Under the pieces are notes generated by a model. It made no database searches. It was not told the DNA's origin and saw nothing but the letters and a program-made list of their open reading frames with translations. The position numbers were made by a program, and so were the translations under genes. A DNA stretch of 64,000 nucleotides from a virus. Numbering within the stretch: position 1 is the stretch's first letter; each line of letters starts with the position of its first letter. Shown one piece after another: positions 54,315 through 64,000 of this stretch. Location of the stretch: positions 64,001 through 128,000 of IMG/VR virus record IMGVR_UViG_3300035698_026482. One strand, 5' to 3'.

Positions 54315-57236
54315 TTATGGACTGGCTAATGGAAGATTAAAATTACCAGGTGAAATTACATCAGGTATATCGACCTGAACTAGATCAACGCTTGGCTCTA
54401 TACCTCTGTTACGAGCATGACCATCAAAATACGGTAATGATGAAGTAGCAAATGCGCTTAAATTTGAACTATCTGTGTCTGCAGCATCTGGTAACGTAAA
54501 TCGTACTCTTACGGCTCCCTGACCTATGCCATTTCCTGCATAGCGAGTAAACTGTCTTTGTTCGAGCATGTCGCGAAATTGTCCAAAGTGATCACGACGA
54601 AATACCATCGACGAGTTTTGTGGCAATCCATTTTTTATTCCGTATTTCCATCCTTGGATTTCTACGTTCGGAGCCTTAATATAGCTATTCGTGCCGTCTG
54701 ATCCGGGAATTCCACCAAGCAATCTCATTTGCGGCGAGCCGTCAGCAATACCGGAATTAACAAGATTGTAATTCCTTCCCTTACCGAATCCATAAAATGC
54801 CTTAATGGCTATTTCTTGGCCGATGTAATTACCAGCGCTATTATTAAATAGCACAAATCCCGGACCAGGTGTATCTGTGAAATGCTTTGAAACAGTAAAT
54901 TTCTGACTAATAATGCTCACGTCAGTTGTTACGCCGGGGGCAAATGTTGTATTAACATACACAGTAGCGCTGGTATCAGACCCTGGATTACGTTGTCGAA
55001 TGATATCTGCATATTTTGATTCAAACGGAAATGATCTGTACCATTTTGTATTTGTTTCAATATCGCCCGGACCATTAGCTGGGCCAAGATGAATATAATT
55101 CCAGTCGTTATTATTCTGATTCCAAACTTCACCGCCATCGATGACAGTGATTTTTCCTGCCGGCGGTAATAGCGTATCGTAATATCTTTCGTTTGACGTT
55201 ATAAGGCGAACATTTCTAGAAAGTGAGCCTGTTGACGCTACGCCTATGGGCCGTGTTGTAACTGTGCTGGCGGCGACGCCTCGTGTATTAACAATCGTGC
55301 CATTTACAACGCCGAGTGTTCCCGTGATGATGTCATCAACATAGCTTCCCGAAAATACAACTGGAGCTTCAACGTCAAACTGGTCAAGCCCAATGCTATC
55401 GAAACTCAGCGTCTCATGGACACTCAGTGACGTAAGGGGCTGATTACCGCCATAATGAAATTCCTTTCGCGCCTTGATAAGCGATCCATACATCGTTAAT
55501 TCAATGTTACCAGCGCCGATTGCAAAATCATGCGACCCAGACAATTGTCCTAGAATTAGGTCTGATGCGCTGTGTAATAATTGTACGCTGCCTGTTGCAT
55601 GTTGATCGCGTACAGGCCTATACTTGCTCACGCTAAGTATAATTTTGTCGCCGGGCAAAAGCAAATAAGGTGATGCGCTGCTTTTTTCTATTGCAAAAAT
55701 ATCAAGCGATGGATCCGATGTACCTTCATATAGCGGATCAGGCGATGAAGCATAAGAAGGCGCAACATATTCCTTTCCCATGTAACTTCGACCCGAAGGT
55801 CGAAGATCCATCGCTCTACCAAATGGATTGATACCATAAACTAACGATGTATTAAATGTTGCCTGTTCATATGCGTTTGTCGGAACCTCTGTGTCGCCAG
55901 CAATTCCAGTATAACGATGTGATGAAATAACGCCGTTTGAGACAGCGGCATGAGCATGAAATTCTACTGTACCTGTGAATTGAGAATTTTCATCAGGCGT
56001 TATGACGACAGACGGAGTTCCAAATGACAGAAATCCTGCAGGTGTTGTATGGGCAGCGCCCGGGTCAGGTGCGTCTGTAGTTTGTACAATACCGACGTCC
56101 TCAAGATGTGTCATTGTATTCAGTGTAATAATATTATCGCCGCTTGGAATGATTACACCACTCAGAATTAGTTCCCGACGGTTATTCGCGTCTTGTCGTT
56201 GTAATGCAAAAGTAACAGCAGGGCCGCCTACATCTGCTATTGCGCCCGTGATGTCTGTTGAGACACCAACTGATTCACCGTATGTATAAGCTAAAAATTG
56301 CGTTTGTGTGTAATCCTGAAACCATGTCGGGCCAGCCTGGATCGGTAATTTAACATGCACCTTTTCCAACAAAAATGGATGCTGTATTTGGTTTAGCGTG
56401 ACTTGTTGATTATTCGTCGCCGCTAGCCTTTCGTTCAACAGGGCCGAGTCAGGACCTATAGTTGAAAGCAACGTATTCATAACACCATTTTCAACATCAA
56501 TAGCCGAAGTGTCGCCGAAATTTGTTCCCCCCAATTTATTGGTACCTGAAATAATGTTATTTCCGAACGGTCCAAATAAACGTGCATCAGTGCCGCCAAA
56601 GTTCACAATCGAGACATCACTATGCCACGATCCAAGGGCGCCAACATTAAGTGGTTTTCCAAGATCGCCAGGGTTAGTAACAGCATCACTATTACCAGCT
56701 CCCGCTAATTCAAATGTAGCATCAACTTCATTATAATATATCATTGATGCTGTCGTTGACAACATCGTATACGCAGACGCAACTGGTAGTGTTAACCTTA
56801 ACGTTGTTTTGGATGCCAGTCGGGATTCAAACCCGGGACCAACCAATAGAGGATCAGTTCCCGTTAAATAAAAATCAGTAAAACGACCCTGTTCAGGTAA
56901 TTGTGACTCAACAAATGCGCCTAATGCTTGGACGACTGTTGATTGTGTAATTAGCGAATCACTAACGCCTGCAGTTACACTGCCTGATACGTTTATAAAC
57001 TTCCCAGTTGGGTTCAGTGCTGAGTCATAATGTACCGAATCGCTTGACAAACGCTGTGGAAATGCTACGTTGCTCGCGGTCGTATAGACAATTGTTCGTC
57101 TATCATCGAATGGATCATTTTGCACTCCATTACGCGTTCTATCTCCCGTTCTTTTAATTGTGGGAAATGTGCCTGCCTTATTATCACGCATGCGCTGTAA
57201 CAAACGTGGCGGAACGCCTCTAAATGGTGTGCTCAT
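54315..57236 (-). CDS. Large hypothetical virion protein
   Basis: 973 aa, S/T/G-rich and beta-rich, within the tail block. Confidence 0.75.
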   Translation of the reverse strand: MSTPFRGVPPRLLQRMRDNKAGTFPTIKRTGDRTRNGVQNDPFDDRRTIVYTTASNVAFPQRLSSDSVHYDSALNPTGKFINVSGSVTAGVSDSLITQSTVVQALGAFVESQLPEQGRFTDFYLTGTDPLLVGPGFESRLASKTTLRLTLPVASAYTMLSTTASMIYYNEVDATFELAGAGNSDAVTNPGDLGKPLNVGALGSWHSDVSIVNFGGTDARLFGPFGNNIISGTNKLGGTNFGDTSAIDVENGVMNTLLSTIGPDSALLNERLAATNNQQVTLNQIQHPFLLEKVHVKLPIQAGPTWFQDYTQTQFLAYTYGESVGVSTDITGAIADVGGPAVTFALQRQDANNRRELILSGVIIPSGDNIITLNTMTHLEDVGIVQTTDAPDPGAAHTTPAGFLSFGTPSVVITPDENSQFTGTVEFHAHAAVSNGVISSHRYTGIAGDTEVPTNAYEQATFNTSLVYGINPFGRAMDLRPSGRSYMGKEYVAPSYASSPDPLYEGTSDPSLDIFAIEKSSASPYLLLPGDKIILSVSKYRPVRDQHATGSVQLLHSASDLILGQLSGSHDFAIGAGNIELTMYGSLIKARKEFHYGGNQPLTSLSVHETLSFDSIGLDQFDVEAPVVFSGSYVDDIITGTLGVVNGTIVNTRGVAASTVTTRPIGVASTGSLSRNVRLITSNERYYDTLLPPAGKITVIDGGEVWNQNNNDWNYIHLGPANGPGDIETNTKWYRSFPFESKYADIIRQRNPGSDTSATVYVNTTFAPGVTTDVSIISQKFTVSKHFTDTPGPGFVLFNNSAGNYIGQEIAIKAFYGFGKGRNYNLVNSGIADGSPQMRLLGGIPGSDGTNSYIKAPNVEIQGWKYGIKNGLPQNSSMVFRRDHFGQFRDMLEQRQFTRYAGNGIGQGAVRVRFTLPDAADTDSSNLSAFATSSLPYFDGHARNRGIEPSVDLVQVDIPDVISPGNFNLPLASP

Positions 57237-57239
57237 AAA

Positions 57240-58115
57240 TTAGTCCCCGATAGCCTTATAGCGCGTCAGACCACCAAATGCAATTGAATTGGTGCCACAT
57301 GGCGAATCATGATAAACGCTACCGGCGGTTGTTGATGTATTTCTAGATAATGCTTCAGAGACGGTTGATCCCGACAACTGCATTAACGCTGTCATAAAAT
57401 GTTCGCGCCCAGAACCTGACATAATTGTGCTCTTCGCAAGTGATGGTGTAACACCCCTAGTTTCGTCAAATGGTACTATCAACGTTTTTATTTCAGGACG
57501 TGGCACTGTTGCTTCAGGAAGATCTGATCCCGTTGTATTAATAATAATCCTAGGAAACGATGCTGCCAAGGTACCCACGTCGATAAACGGGCTCAATACA
57601 GATGGAGCATCGAAAGTTTTTTCCTGCAATACATTGTCACCCGCACGGTGACGATTGATATTACCTCCAGTAAATTGGCCACGAAATTGCTTTGTTACGA
57701 TATCCCGACCTGGATATAACACATTATTTCTAATTTCAAATGTTTCAATTGCTCCGTCAAACGACTCAATTAATCCATCATCGTCGCCAGCGCCTACGAA
57801 TGCATCTGTAACAGAAATACCACCACTCGCGAAGTGATCAATTACAGCTTCAATGTTAAATTGACTCTTATTATCAGCAAACGGATCACCATCGGAATAC
57901 ATTCCTGGCACACCAAATACTTGTCTTATAAGATGATGATTAAGGTTGCCTGCCCAAATCTTGGGTTGTGTACCACAATAACGGTGCTTGTTGGACCTCA
58001 GGGAAACACCCTGACGTACACAATCAATCAGCGAAGTATCAATACCACCAGACGCGGGTACATCGTCGGTTCTATTATTCGATTTTTCAACGTATGGTGG
58101 ATGTACGGCAGCCAT
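57240..58115 (-). CDS. Hypothetical virion protein
   Basis: 291 aa; TAATG coupling to the upstream gene. Confidence 0.7.
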   Translation of the reverse strand: MAAVHPPYVEKSNNRTDDVPASGGIDTSLIDCVRQGVSLRSNKHRYCGTQPKIWAGNLNHHLIRQVFGVPGMYSDGDPFADNKSQFNIEAVIDHFASGGISVTDAFVGAGDDDGLIESFDGAIETFEIRNNVLYPGRDIVTKQFRGQFTGGNINRHRAGDNVLQEKTFDAPSVLSPFIDVGTLAASFPRIIINTTGSDLPEATVPRPEIKTLIVPFDETRGVTPSLAKSTIMSGSGREHFMTALMQLSGSTVSEALSRNTSTTAGSVYHDSPCGTNSIAFGGLTRYKAIGD

Positions 58116-61100
58116 TAATACCTTTTTATCTGTCCTGTGATTAATCGAAGAAGTAAGGTGCCCTTGAGACCATGTCGATTGTTAATTCCAATATACACGT
58201 CTTCGTACTGATATTGGAATTTGGGGCGCTCAAGCATATGTGATTCTACCACGAAACTCGTTCCAAGGAAACGTGTTTTCCTTGGAATTAACTGCTCAAT
58301 AAACATTCCAACAGATGCATCAAACCACTTAAAGAACTCAAAGAACGCCTTAAGATTAACTTTATCAGTTAGGCGATTGAAATAGATATCACGTAGCTCT
58401 TGCAGACTTGGATAATCTTCTGCAAAAATCAGTTCAGGATCACCAATTGCATTATCTAGAGAATCAAGTGTTGCAAAAATATTGATCATATCCTCATTTA
58501 ACGAATCAACAATCGAAATATCAATCGCAAATCGTGGATCATCTTCAGGAATTTCGCTAGGAGGTGATTCAAAAATGGGCGAAACCTGACCTCCATAACG
58601 TTGAACATTTTCAAAACTTTGAAAGCTCCTAATTCTTACTTTATTATTTGTAACAGCTTCGTCAAACTTTGGTGAAATAATGCTGTAGCGAAACGTTTCA
58701 GGTAGAATGATGGCTGTTGATGCTTGAAAGCCGGAACCTGTCAGATGCAACCCATTTTGCGAGAAATCAAAAATCGAAAGCTCGCCGGCGCCGTTAGATT
58801 GCGTAACTATTTGATCAGTTGATGCATCAATTCGTATGCGTTCAAATGATCCAGATTCAGTTGTTATGAAATTGAAGTTTTTTAGTGGATTCTCGACGCC
58901 AAGCGAACGATAATTCTGTGCATGTTCTCTAGTTTCATTAAGTGTTAAGCCCTTCGACCAAAAACGTAAATGCCCTAAACGACCGTTAAACGCAACAACT
59001 GTTTCATCTGTTCCAGTAAGAAATTCAGAAGAAGTATCAAAAGTTTGCAATCCGTATCCAAGCGTGGGACCTTGTGCATTATACGTTGCTGTTATATGTT
59101 GCAGCGTATTCATATCTTGGTTACTTGACGCATTCTCAAGAAACAATGATGATGTCACATGTTCTTCGTAGATTGTACCATTTGATTGACGAATTGCCCT
59201 AATAAAATACGATGATGAAAAATTCGATTCAAGTTCTGCAGCTGGTTCATCGTTTCTATTTCTGCCAAAAGATACATGCCATTGTTCGCCATCGTATACG
59301 TTGACGCCAGTTAATTGTAATTGTAGCTTGTTTGCATCATTACCGAAACCCGGCTTACCGTATAGCGTTAACGACGCAGAATTAGGCATCGATGATGAAA
59401 GGGCAAGAAGGTTGAACGTCAGTCCATATGCCGTCAATGCCGATCCAGTGACGGTCATGCGCGCTAGGCTTTGTGTCGTTGCATTAGCGCTAGTAATGGG
59501 AAATCTATAAATCCCCTCAACAGTCCAGGAACCTGATGTGAAGCAACCATCATCAGGTGATGATGAAACGAGCGGCCAGCCTGGCTCGACTCTTGTACCT
59601 GATAACGGTGGAGAAACTAGCGAGAAGGTATCTTCTGATCCCGAAGTTTCTAATAACGTTGATACGTTTGTTTTATTTTCACGAGAGGCTCCTAACTTAC
59701 CTACCTTTGGGCCCCCGAATTCTCTAATTCTAAAATTCTGATCAGGCTCAATGCCAAGCGTTCTAATAAACGACTTAACGCTATGAATTGTACCTTTCGA
59801 CCGAACAATTTCAGTTAAATTCGCCAAAATTCGACGCCAAATTTCGTTTTGTACTTGCTGTAAAGAAAGTTCGCCGACACTGGCGGTGCGATCTAGATTA
59901 TCTGCATTGATAAATTGTTCAAATGTAGCATTTGAAAACATACCTGGAAGCTCAAATCCATAGTATGACGCAACAAACGGTAGCAATTGATCTGGCGCAA
60001 CGTCGAAGTCTTCGTAATCGACAAAGATTGATTTACCGAAGGCGTCAAGAAATAATTTGACCTCATCGAAGTGTTTTGCAATTGTGTACAAGAACGCAGA
60101 TAGTAGTTGTGCAGTACCGAGCTCACCCTCGCCAGGGATACCATCACCGCCGTATTCATCGCCGATGTTCCCGTCTTCGGTTTCTAGTGCCTCATATGCC
60201 TGGCCTTCCAGGAAGTAATGTTTTGGAACTAGCTTCGTGATTAAATTTGGATTTTCATCATCGTATGTGCTAGCAGTTAAAAGCAGTGATGAGTTTAGAT
60301 CGGCGACAGCACCATATGACGGGAAAAGAACCGGGCTATTTGACAGCCTCTCATGAGTCATAGGATTGACCAGGGAGCCTGTCTCGCGTAGGGCTATGGA
60401 ATATCCACCCTCATTAATATAAGAGTGGAGGGACTGTCCTGAGCTGTCTAGGACGATCCTATTGGTGCTATCACCTGACGTCGAAGCGAGGGACCCAGAA
60501 GGTTCGTTGAATTTGTAATATAGGCGTAAATTGTCTTGCGCGAAAATCGATTTTTTAGCATACGCAACCTGATCAGTCAATGTTCTAATATCATGGAAAA
60601 TTCTTAGTTCATCTAACGATCCAGACAATGTCGCGGCAGGTACAAAGCTTCCCGTTGTTGTATCGGTGATTGAACCAGAGCCAATATACATCGATGATAG
60701 GGTGAAATCTATGGTCCCCATGTTTATGCTAGTCGAGCTTGTTGCGATCAATTGCTCATTGGCATAAAGATATAACTTGTTTTCTCCGGGTTCGCGATCA
60801 TATGCAGCGACGAGGTGTGTGAACGCGCCCTTATCAATAGCACCTGTTACTGATATTAGCGCTGACGCGCTAGCAAATGCTAGCATTACATTCGCCTTAT
60901 TCGTTGATCCAGTCGCAACCAGTCCTAGTGTGAACCCGTTGTTCGAACCTGACAACTTTTGTAAGATGACTTGGTTGTCATTTATCCCTGTTGGCACATG
61001 CAATTGCATTTCAAATGCCATCGAACCAAGCCCTGGATCTAATGCAGAACGTCCCGTCTGCGTTTTAGATAATGCTGGAAATGTAACGCCTGCGTGATCT

Positions 61101-61543
61101 ATTACTTCAATATATGATCCGCACGACGCTCCCGTCGAACCGGAAAAATTTAGATAACCAATATTCTTTGGGAACTCATCATAAACCCATTTTTCAAATC
61201 CTGTCAGTCCATCGAAAAAAGCTTCCAGTTCTTTTCTTGATCCGTCAAATGGAAATTTGTTGATAATAGCCTCAAACGCCACATTGACAGCAACTTCAGC
61301 GGAGTTAAAGAAAACATGATTTTGAAACTGTGACCAATCAACGCGTAATTGCTGTGTTGATTTCATACCCGTGCCGGGTGGGTCATATCTAAACGACGTA
61401 GAGCTAAGCAGATTGGTGTCTTCAAAATCACTTAAACTATACTTTTGTATTGAGGCACCCTTTTCTAATGCCGCCCTAGTAAAGGCAGGTACAAAAACAC
61501 CTGGTCTATCAAACTTAAGTACGTTGTCGCTATTGTCGCCCAT
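58115..61543 (-). CDS. Baseplate wedge-like protein: two LamG domains around a P2 gpI-like segment
   Basis: LamG motifs (FTHLVAAY..LDELRIF; WHVSF..LGHLRFW); APDQLLPFVASYYGFEL..IWRRILANL..SKGTIHSVKSFIRTLG. Confidence 0.7.
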   Translation of the reverse strand: MGDNSDNVLKFDRPGVFVPAFTRAALEKGASIQKYSLSDFEDTNLLSSTSFRYDPPGTGMKSTQQLRVDWSQFQNHVFFNSAEVAVNVAFEAIINKFPFDGSRKELEAFFDGLTGFEKWVYDEFPKNIGYLNFSGSTGASCGSYIEVIDHAGVTFPALSKTQTGRSALDPGLGSMAFEMQLHVPTGINDNQVILQKLSGSNNGFTLGLVATGSTNKANVMLAFASASALISVTGAIDKGAFTHLVAAYDREPGENKLYLYANEQLIATSSTSINMGTIDFTLSSMYIGSGSITDTTTGSFVPAATLSGSLDELRIFHDIRTLTDQVAYAKKSIFAQDNLRLYYKFNEPSGSLASTSGDSTNRIVLDSSGQSLHSYINEGGYSIALRETGSLVNPMTHERLSNSPVLFPSYGAVADLNSSLLLTASTYDDENPNLITKLVPKHYFLEGQAYEALETEDGNIGDEYGGDGIPGEGELGTAQLLSAFLYTIAKHFDEVKLFLDAFGKSIFVDYEDFDVAPDQLLPFVASYYGFELPGMFSNATFEQFINADNLDRTASVGELSLQQVQNEIWRRILANLTEIVRSKGTIHSVKSFIRTLGIEPDQNFRIREFGGPKVGKLGASRENKTNVSTLLETSGSEDTFSLVSPPLSGTRVEPGWPLVSSSPDDGCFTSGSWTVEGIYRFPITSANATTQSLARMTVTGSALTAYGLTFNLLALSSSMPNSASLTLYGKPGFGNDANKLQLQLTGVNVYDGEQWHVSFGRNRNDEPAAELESNFSSSYFIRAIRQSNGTIYEEHVTSSLFLENASSNQDMNTLQHITATYNAQGPTLGYGLQTFDTSSEFLTGTDETVVAFNGRLGHLRFWSKGLTLNETREHAQNYRSLGVENPLKNFNFITTESGSFERIRIDASTDQIVTQSNGAGELSIFDFSQNGLHLTGSGFQASTAIILPETFRYSIISPKFDEAVTNNKVRIRSFQSFENVQRYGGQVSPIFESPPSEIPEDDPRFAIDISIVDSLNEDMINIFATLDSLDNAIGDPELIFAEDYPSLQELRDIYFNRLTDKVNLKAFFEFFKWFDASVGMFIEQLIPRKTRFLGTSFVVESHMLERPKFQYQYEDVYIGINNRHGLKGTLLLRLITGQIKRY

Positions 61544-61552
61544 TAAATTCCG

Positions 61553-63097
61553 TTATGGCATCACTCTAAATGATGGAAGGTTTTGATCAATCACAATATC
61601 TTCACCGTGTTCGCGGATTAAAAATTCAAAGCCGTACACTCGGCCGATCGATAGATCACTTGGGAAGAAATCAAAGAACATACCTCTTGAATCAGTTGAA
61701 AGGCGTGTCGAATTTGTTGTTGTGTCCCAAGGGATAACTACCTCGCCAGAATAAACATCAATAACGCGCCAATACATTTGCTCGACCATTGTACCCGTCC
61801 GTCTAACTGGCAGCTTGGAGAAAAATAGTCCATCCTCAATGCTAGAATCAAAAACTGTTACTCTGATGCGTGGCTGCTCTGCGGAAGTATATGAAACCTG
61901 CATGTTACCTACGCCTACTGAATAGCTTCGTGCCCCCGCAATGTATGAATTGGCGTTCGACGTTAGTACACTTAAGCTTCCTGTTTTAAACGCGATGGTG
62001 CCGTCATTTGACCCCCAGACAGTTGTAAATGATGCGGATTGCGCTGCTTGAACCTCACGAATTAATGCTGAATCATATGATGATAGCGCAAAATTGGCAA
62101 CGTAGACTCCTGTTACAAAATTCCCGCCGTAGCTAAACTGATCAACACTGTATGATGAAGTAAAGGATGAGGAAGCAGGCGGGGCTATTGCGCCACTTAT
62201 AAGCTTTAGCGTCATTGCCGATGTACCAATAAGGGGTGATGCGGCGGCGCCTGATACAAAATTCGCAGGTTGCCCACGAACTGAATTGAAGATGAACAGC
62301 GATCCTGATGTATCAAACACGAAATTCGAATGATTGTCGTGGTATGACTCGTCGTAACGTACGATCAATTTTGGCGCAAGGCGAGGATTCGACACGTGTC
62401 GAGAGGCAAACCTCTTGACAAAAAGCGAACTAGATGTGTTTTCAACAGTATTTGTGAAAGAAATGCGATACCCCTCATCAGGAATAATTCCTGCAAGTGT
62501 CGCAGATACAATGTTGGTTACGTCAACTTCTAGATCCTCTTCGCCTGTCGCAAAATTCTGCGTCTTAAGCAAACTAACGACGCCTCCGCCATCAAGAAGA
62601 TTGCCTGTATCGATAATATCAATATTGCTGGCGCCTAAAGTGCCAGATGCATTGGCGCCAGGCAGATTCCAGACAATTTGTCCATTAGAGACTGAAGAGG
62701 TTATCCAGTTACATGCATCTAGATCGGAATATATTCCCACATCACGACCTACGCCTTCGTCAAAGCTCATCGACAGTGGGTATATCGCTGTCGTAAAATT
62801 CGATGGAACAGGTTGACCGCCGACTAAATCACGAAGGCGAATATGTGCCGTGAATGATGGATCGCTTATATCAAGAATTGAGCCTGTTAATGCCCTAAGC
62901 TGATTTAAATCAAAGTGAACTAAAATTCTTGAGTATTCAAATGGTTGGGTTTCACTAGAAATTTTGCTTTCATCCCACAGTTTAAATAAGTCAAGCGTAG
63001 CAGCATAACCTGTATTCGCATCTGTCGCACGATAGGAATTGTTGATAATCCTATTTGTCACATATGCATCTTTTGTGCATTTTAATAAACGATACAT
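61553..63097 (-). CDS. Virion structural protein (DNRLRE-like beta-sandwich N-terminus)
   Basis: KDAYV..ANTG..TLDL..SRILVHFDL..FASR...PKLIVRY. Confidence 0.6.
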   Translation of the reverse strand: MYRLLKCTKDAYVTNRIINNSYRATDANTGYAATLDLFKLWDESKISSETQPFEYSRILVHFDLNQLRALTGSILDISDPSFTAHIRLRDLVGGQPVPSNFTTAIYPLSMSFDEGVGRDVGIYSDLDACNWITSSVSNGQIVWNLPGANASGTLGASNIDIIDTGNLLDGGGVVSLLKTQNFATGEEDLEVDVTNIVSATLAGIIPDEGYRISFTNTVENTSSSLFVKRFASRHVSNPRLAPKLIVRYDESYHDNHSNFVFDTSGSLFIFNSVRGQPANFVSGAAASPLIGTSAMTLKLISGAIAPPASSSFTSSYSVDQFSYGGNFVTGVYVANFALSSYDSALIREVQAAQSASFTTVWGSNDGTIAFKTGSLSVLTSNANSYIAGARSYSVGVGNMQVSYTSAEQPRIRVTVFDSSIEDGLFFSKLPVRRTGTMVEQMYWRVIDVYSGEVVIPWDTTTNSTRLSTDSRGMFFDFFPSDLSIGRVYGFEFLIREHGEDIVIDQNLPSFRVMP

Positions 63098-64000
63098 TAG
63101 ACTGCACTTCCGATTATGTCGATGTTTGGAAAGCGTACTTCAAAAATTCCGCCAGGGGCAGGAAAAATATGGTCTTTCAGTGTATTACTTTGGACGTCAT
63201 ACTGAACACCGCTATAAACATTTCCGTTTACTGTACCGGTTAGATTTCTAATCTTTAGTCCAGTTACAGAAATTACACCCGCATTATTGTAAACAAGGTT
63301 GCGAACGTCTGATAGCGAAATTGGCTGATCAATTTGTCTTTCACGAATATCCAAAAATTTTCTTATGCGTTGATTTATCGTTTGAATGACAAGCGGCCTA
63401 TTTGCCGTCGGTGAAACGGCGACTTGATATTCTACACGAATATTGATAACAGGTGAATCAAGCACATCGACAGCATCAGAGATCATACGAAATGGATTTA
63501 AGTACTGTCGTAGATTTAACTTGAGACTGTCTGGTGCATGCGTCAAGCGACCCTGCGCATCCCGGCTAATAACATGTAGCTGTGTTGCAAGTGGGTTGTT
63601 TGGGTTTGATCTTACGCCGGCTCTAAATACACGACCGAAACTAGATGGCAGGGTGTATACACGTGCTAATAAGTCAGGTGCTGTAACGATTCTTGATTGT
63701 GCGTTTCTAAACGCGGGTATTCTTGACCGAAGCTCATTGATGGTTGGGGCAGAGTCACCACCAAGTGCGCCCTTGTTGTTAGTAGTACCGATTGATGATC
63801 TTACACGGGCTGCCTCCGCGGCAGTTGGTCCACTTGGGAACCGCATCCTGAGATCTGTGGGGGTTCTTAACGTGCCGGCAGGTGCATTATGTGAAAGTCC
63901 GCCACCGTATCTATAATATATTGATAATGTCGTGTTGACAGGCGCCACACCTAGCGTTTGCGTTCGTAGTAGGCTTGATGGATCAAGCGAAAACCTAGGA
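63097..64000 (-). CDS. Baseplate wedge protein (T4 gp6/P2 gpJ-like), C-terminal part; 5' end outside the window
   Basis: The frame stays open from 63948 to the window edge; ELRSRIPAFRNAQSRIVTAPDL, INIRVEYQV, IFEVRFPNIDIIG. Confidence 0.8.
   Translation of the reverse strand, partial: PRFSLDPSSLLRTQTLGVAPVNTTLSIYYRYGGGLSHNAPAGTLRTPTDLRMRFPSGPTAAEAARVRSSIGTTNNKGALGGDSAPTINELRSRIPAFRNAQSRIVTAPDLLARVYTLPSSFGRVFRAGVRSNPNNPLATQLHVISRDAQGRLTHAPDSLKLNLRQYLNPFRMISDAVDVLDSPVINIRVEYQVAVSPTANRPLVIQTINQRIRKFLDIRERQIDQPISLSDVRNLVYNNAGVISVTGLKIRNLTGTVNGNVYSGVQYDVQSNTLKDHIFPAPGGIFEVRFPNIDIIGSAV

Noticed and set aside
1534-63916. Numerous plus-strand and nested minus-strand short ORFs (e.g. 44986..45654, 32457..33023, 63443..63916)
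   Set aside because: They are antisense or alternate-frame shadows of long motif-bearing genes, with Ser/Arg-rich composition and no family motifs.
1-64000. Stop-codon reassignment as seen in some large phages
   Set aside because: TAA, TAG and TGA all end genes, and long conserved proteins are intact under code 11.

Overview
A 64-kb segment of a large T4-like myovirus (Caudoviricetes). Every credible gene is on the minus strand, and standard code 11 gives full-length ORFs. In transcription order (right to left) the window holds: a baseplate and tail-fibre block (gp6/gpJ-like, truncated at the right edge; gpI-like LamG protein; fibres; three very large unknown proteins); RuvC, primase and an Mre11-Rad50 fusion; terminase (1 intein) and portal (3 inteins); prohead protease, small head-associated proteins, an acidic scaffold and the major capsid protein; neck, head-tail and tail-completion proteins; and two tandem tail-sheath paralogues (the second is truncated at the left edge and missing from the ORF track). 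Seven endonuclease domains of four families are present. The top candidate system is a pair of free-standing genes fusing Zn fingers, a Vsr-like PD-(D/E)XK nuclease and a Mu Mom-like GNAT domain. One copy lies between two near-identical terminators. The other has a perfect 30-bp palindrome upstream and a ~160-nt apparently bistable RNA structure downstream. Other signals: two portal inteins only six residues apart, enrichment of [S/T]-G-S in outer virion proteins, a shared L[RK]xxI[RK]E helix in small proteins, an ATANTTA upstream motif, and an apparently split tail-collar domain. Family assignments come from motif recognition by eye; no database searches were run. I found no tRNA, rRNA, CRISPR array, integrase or reverse transcriptase.
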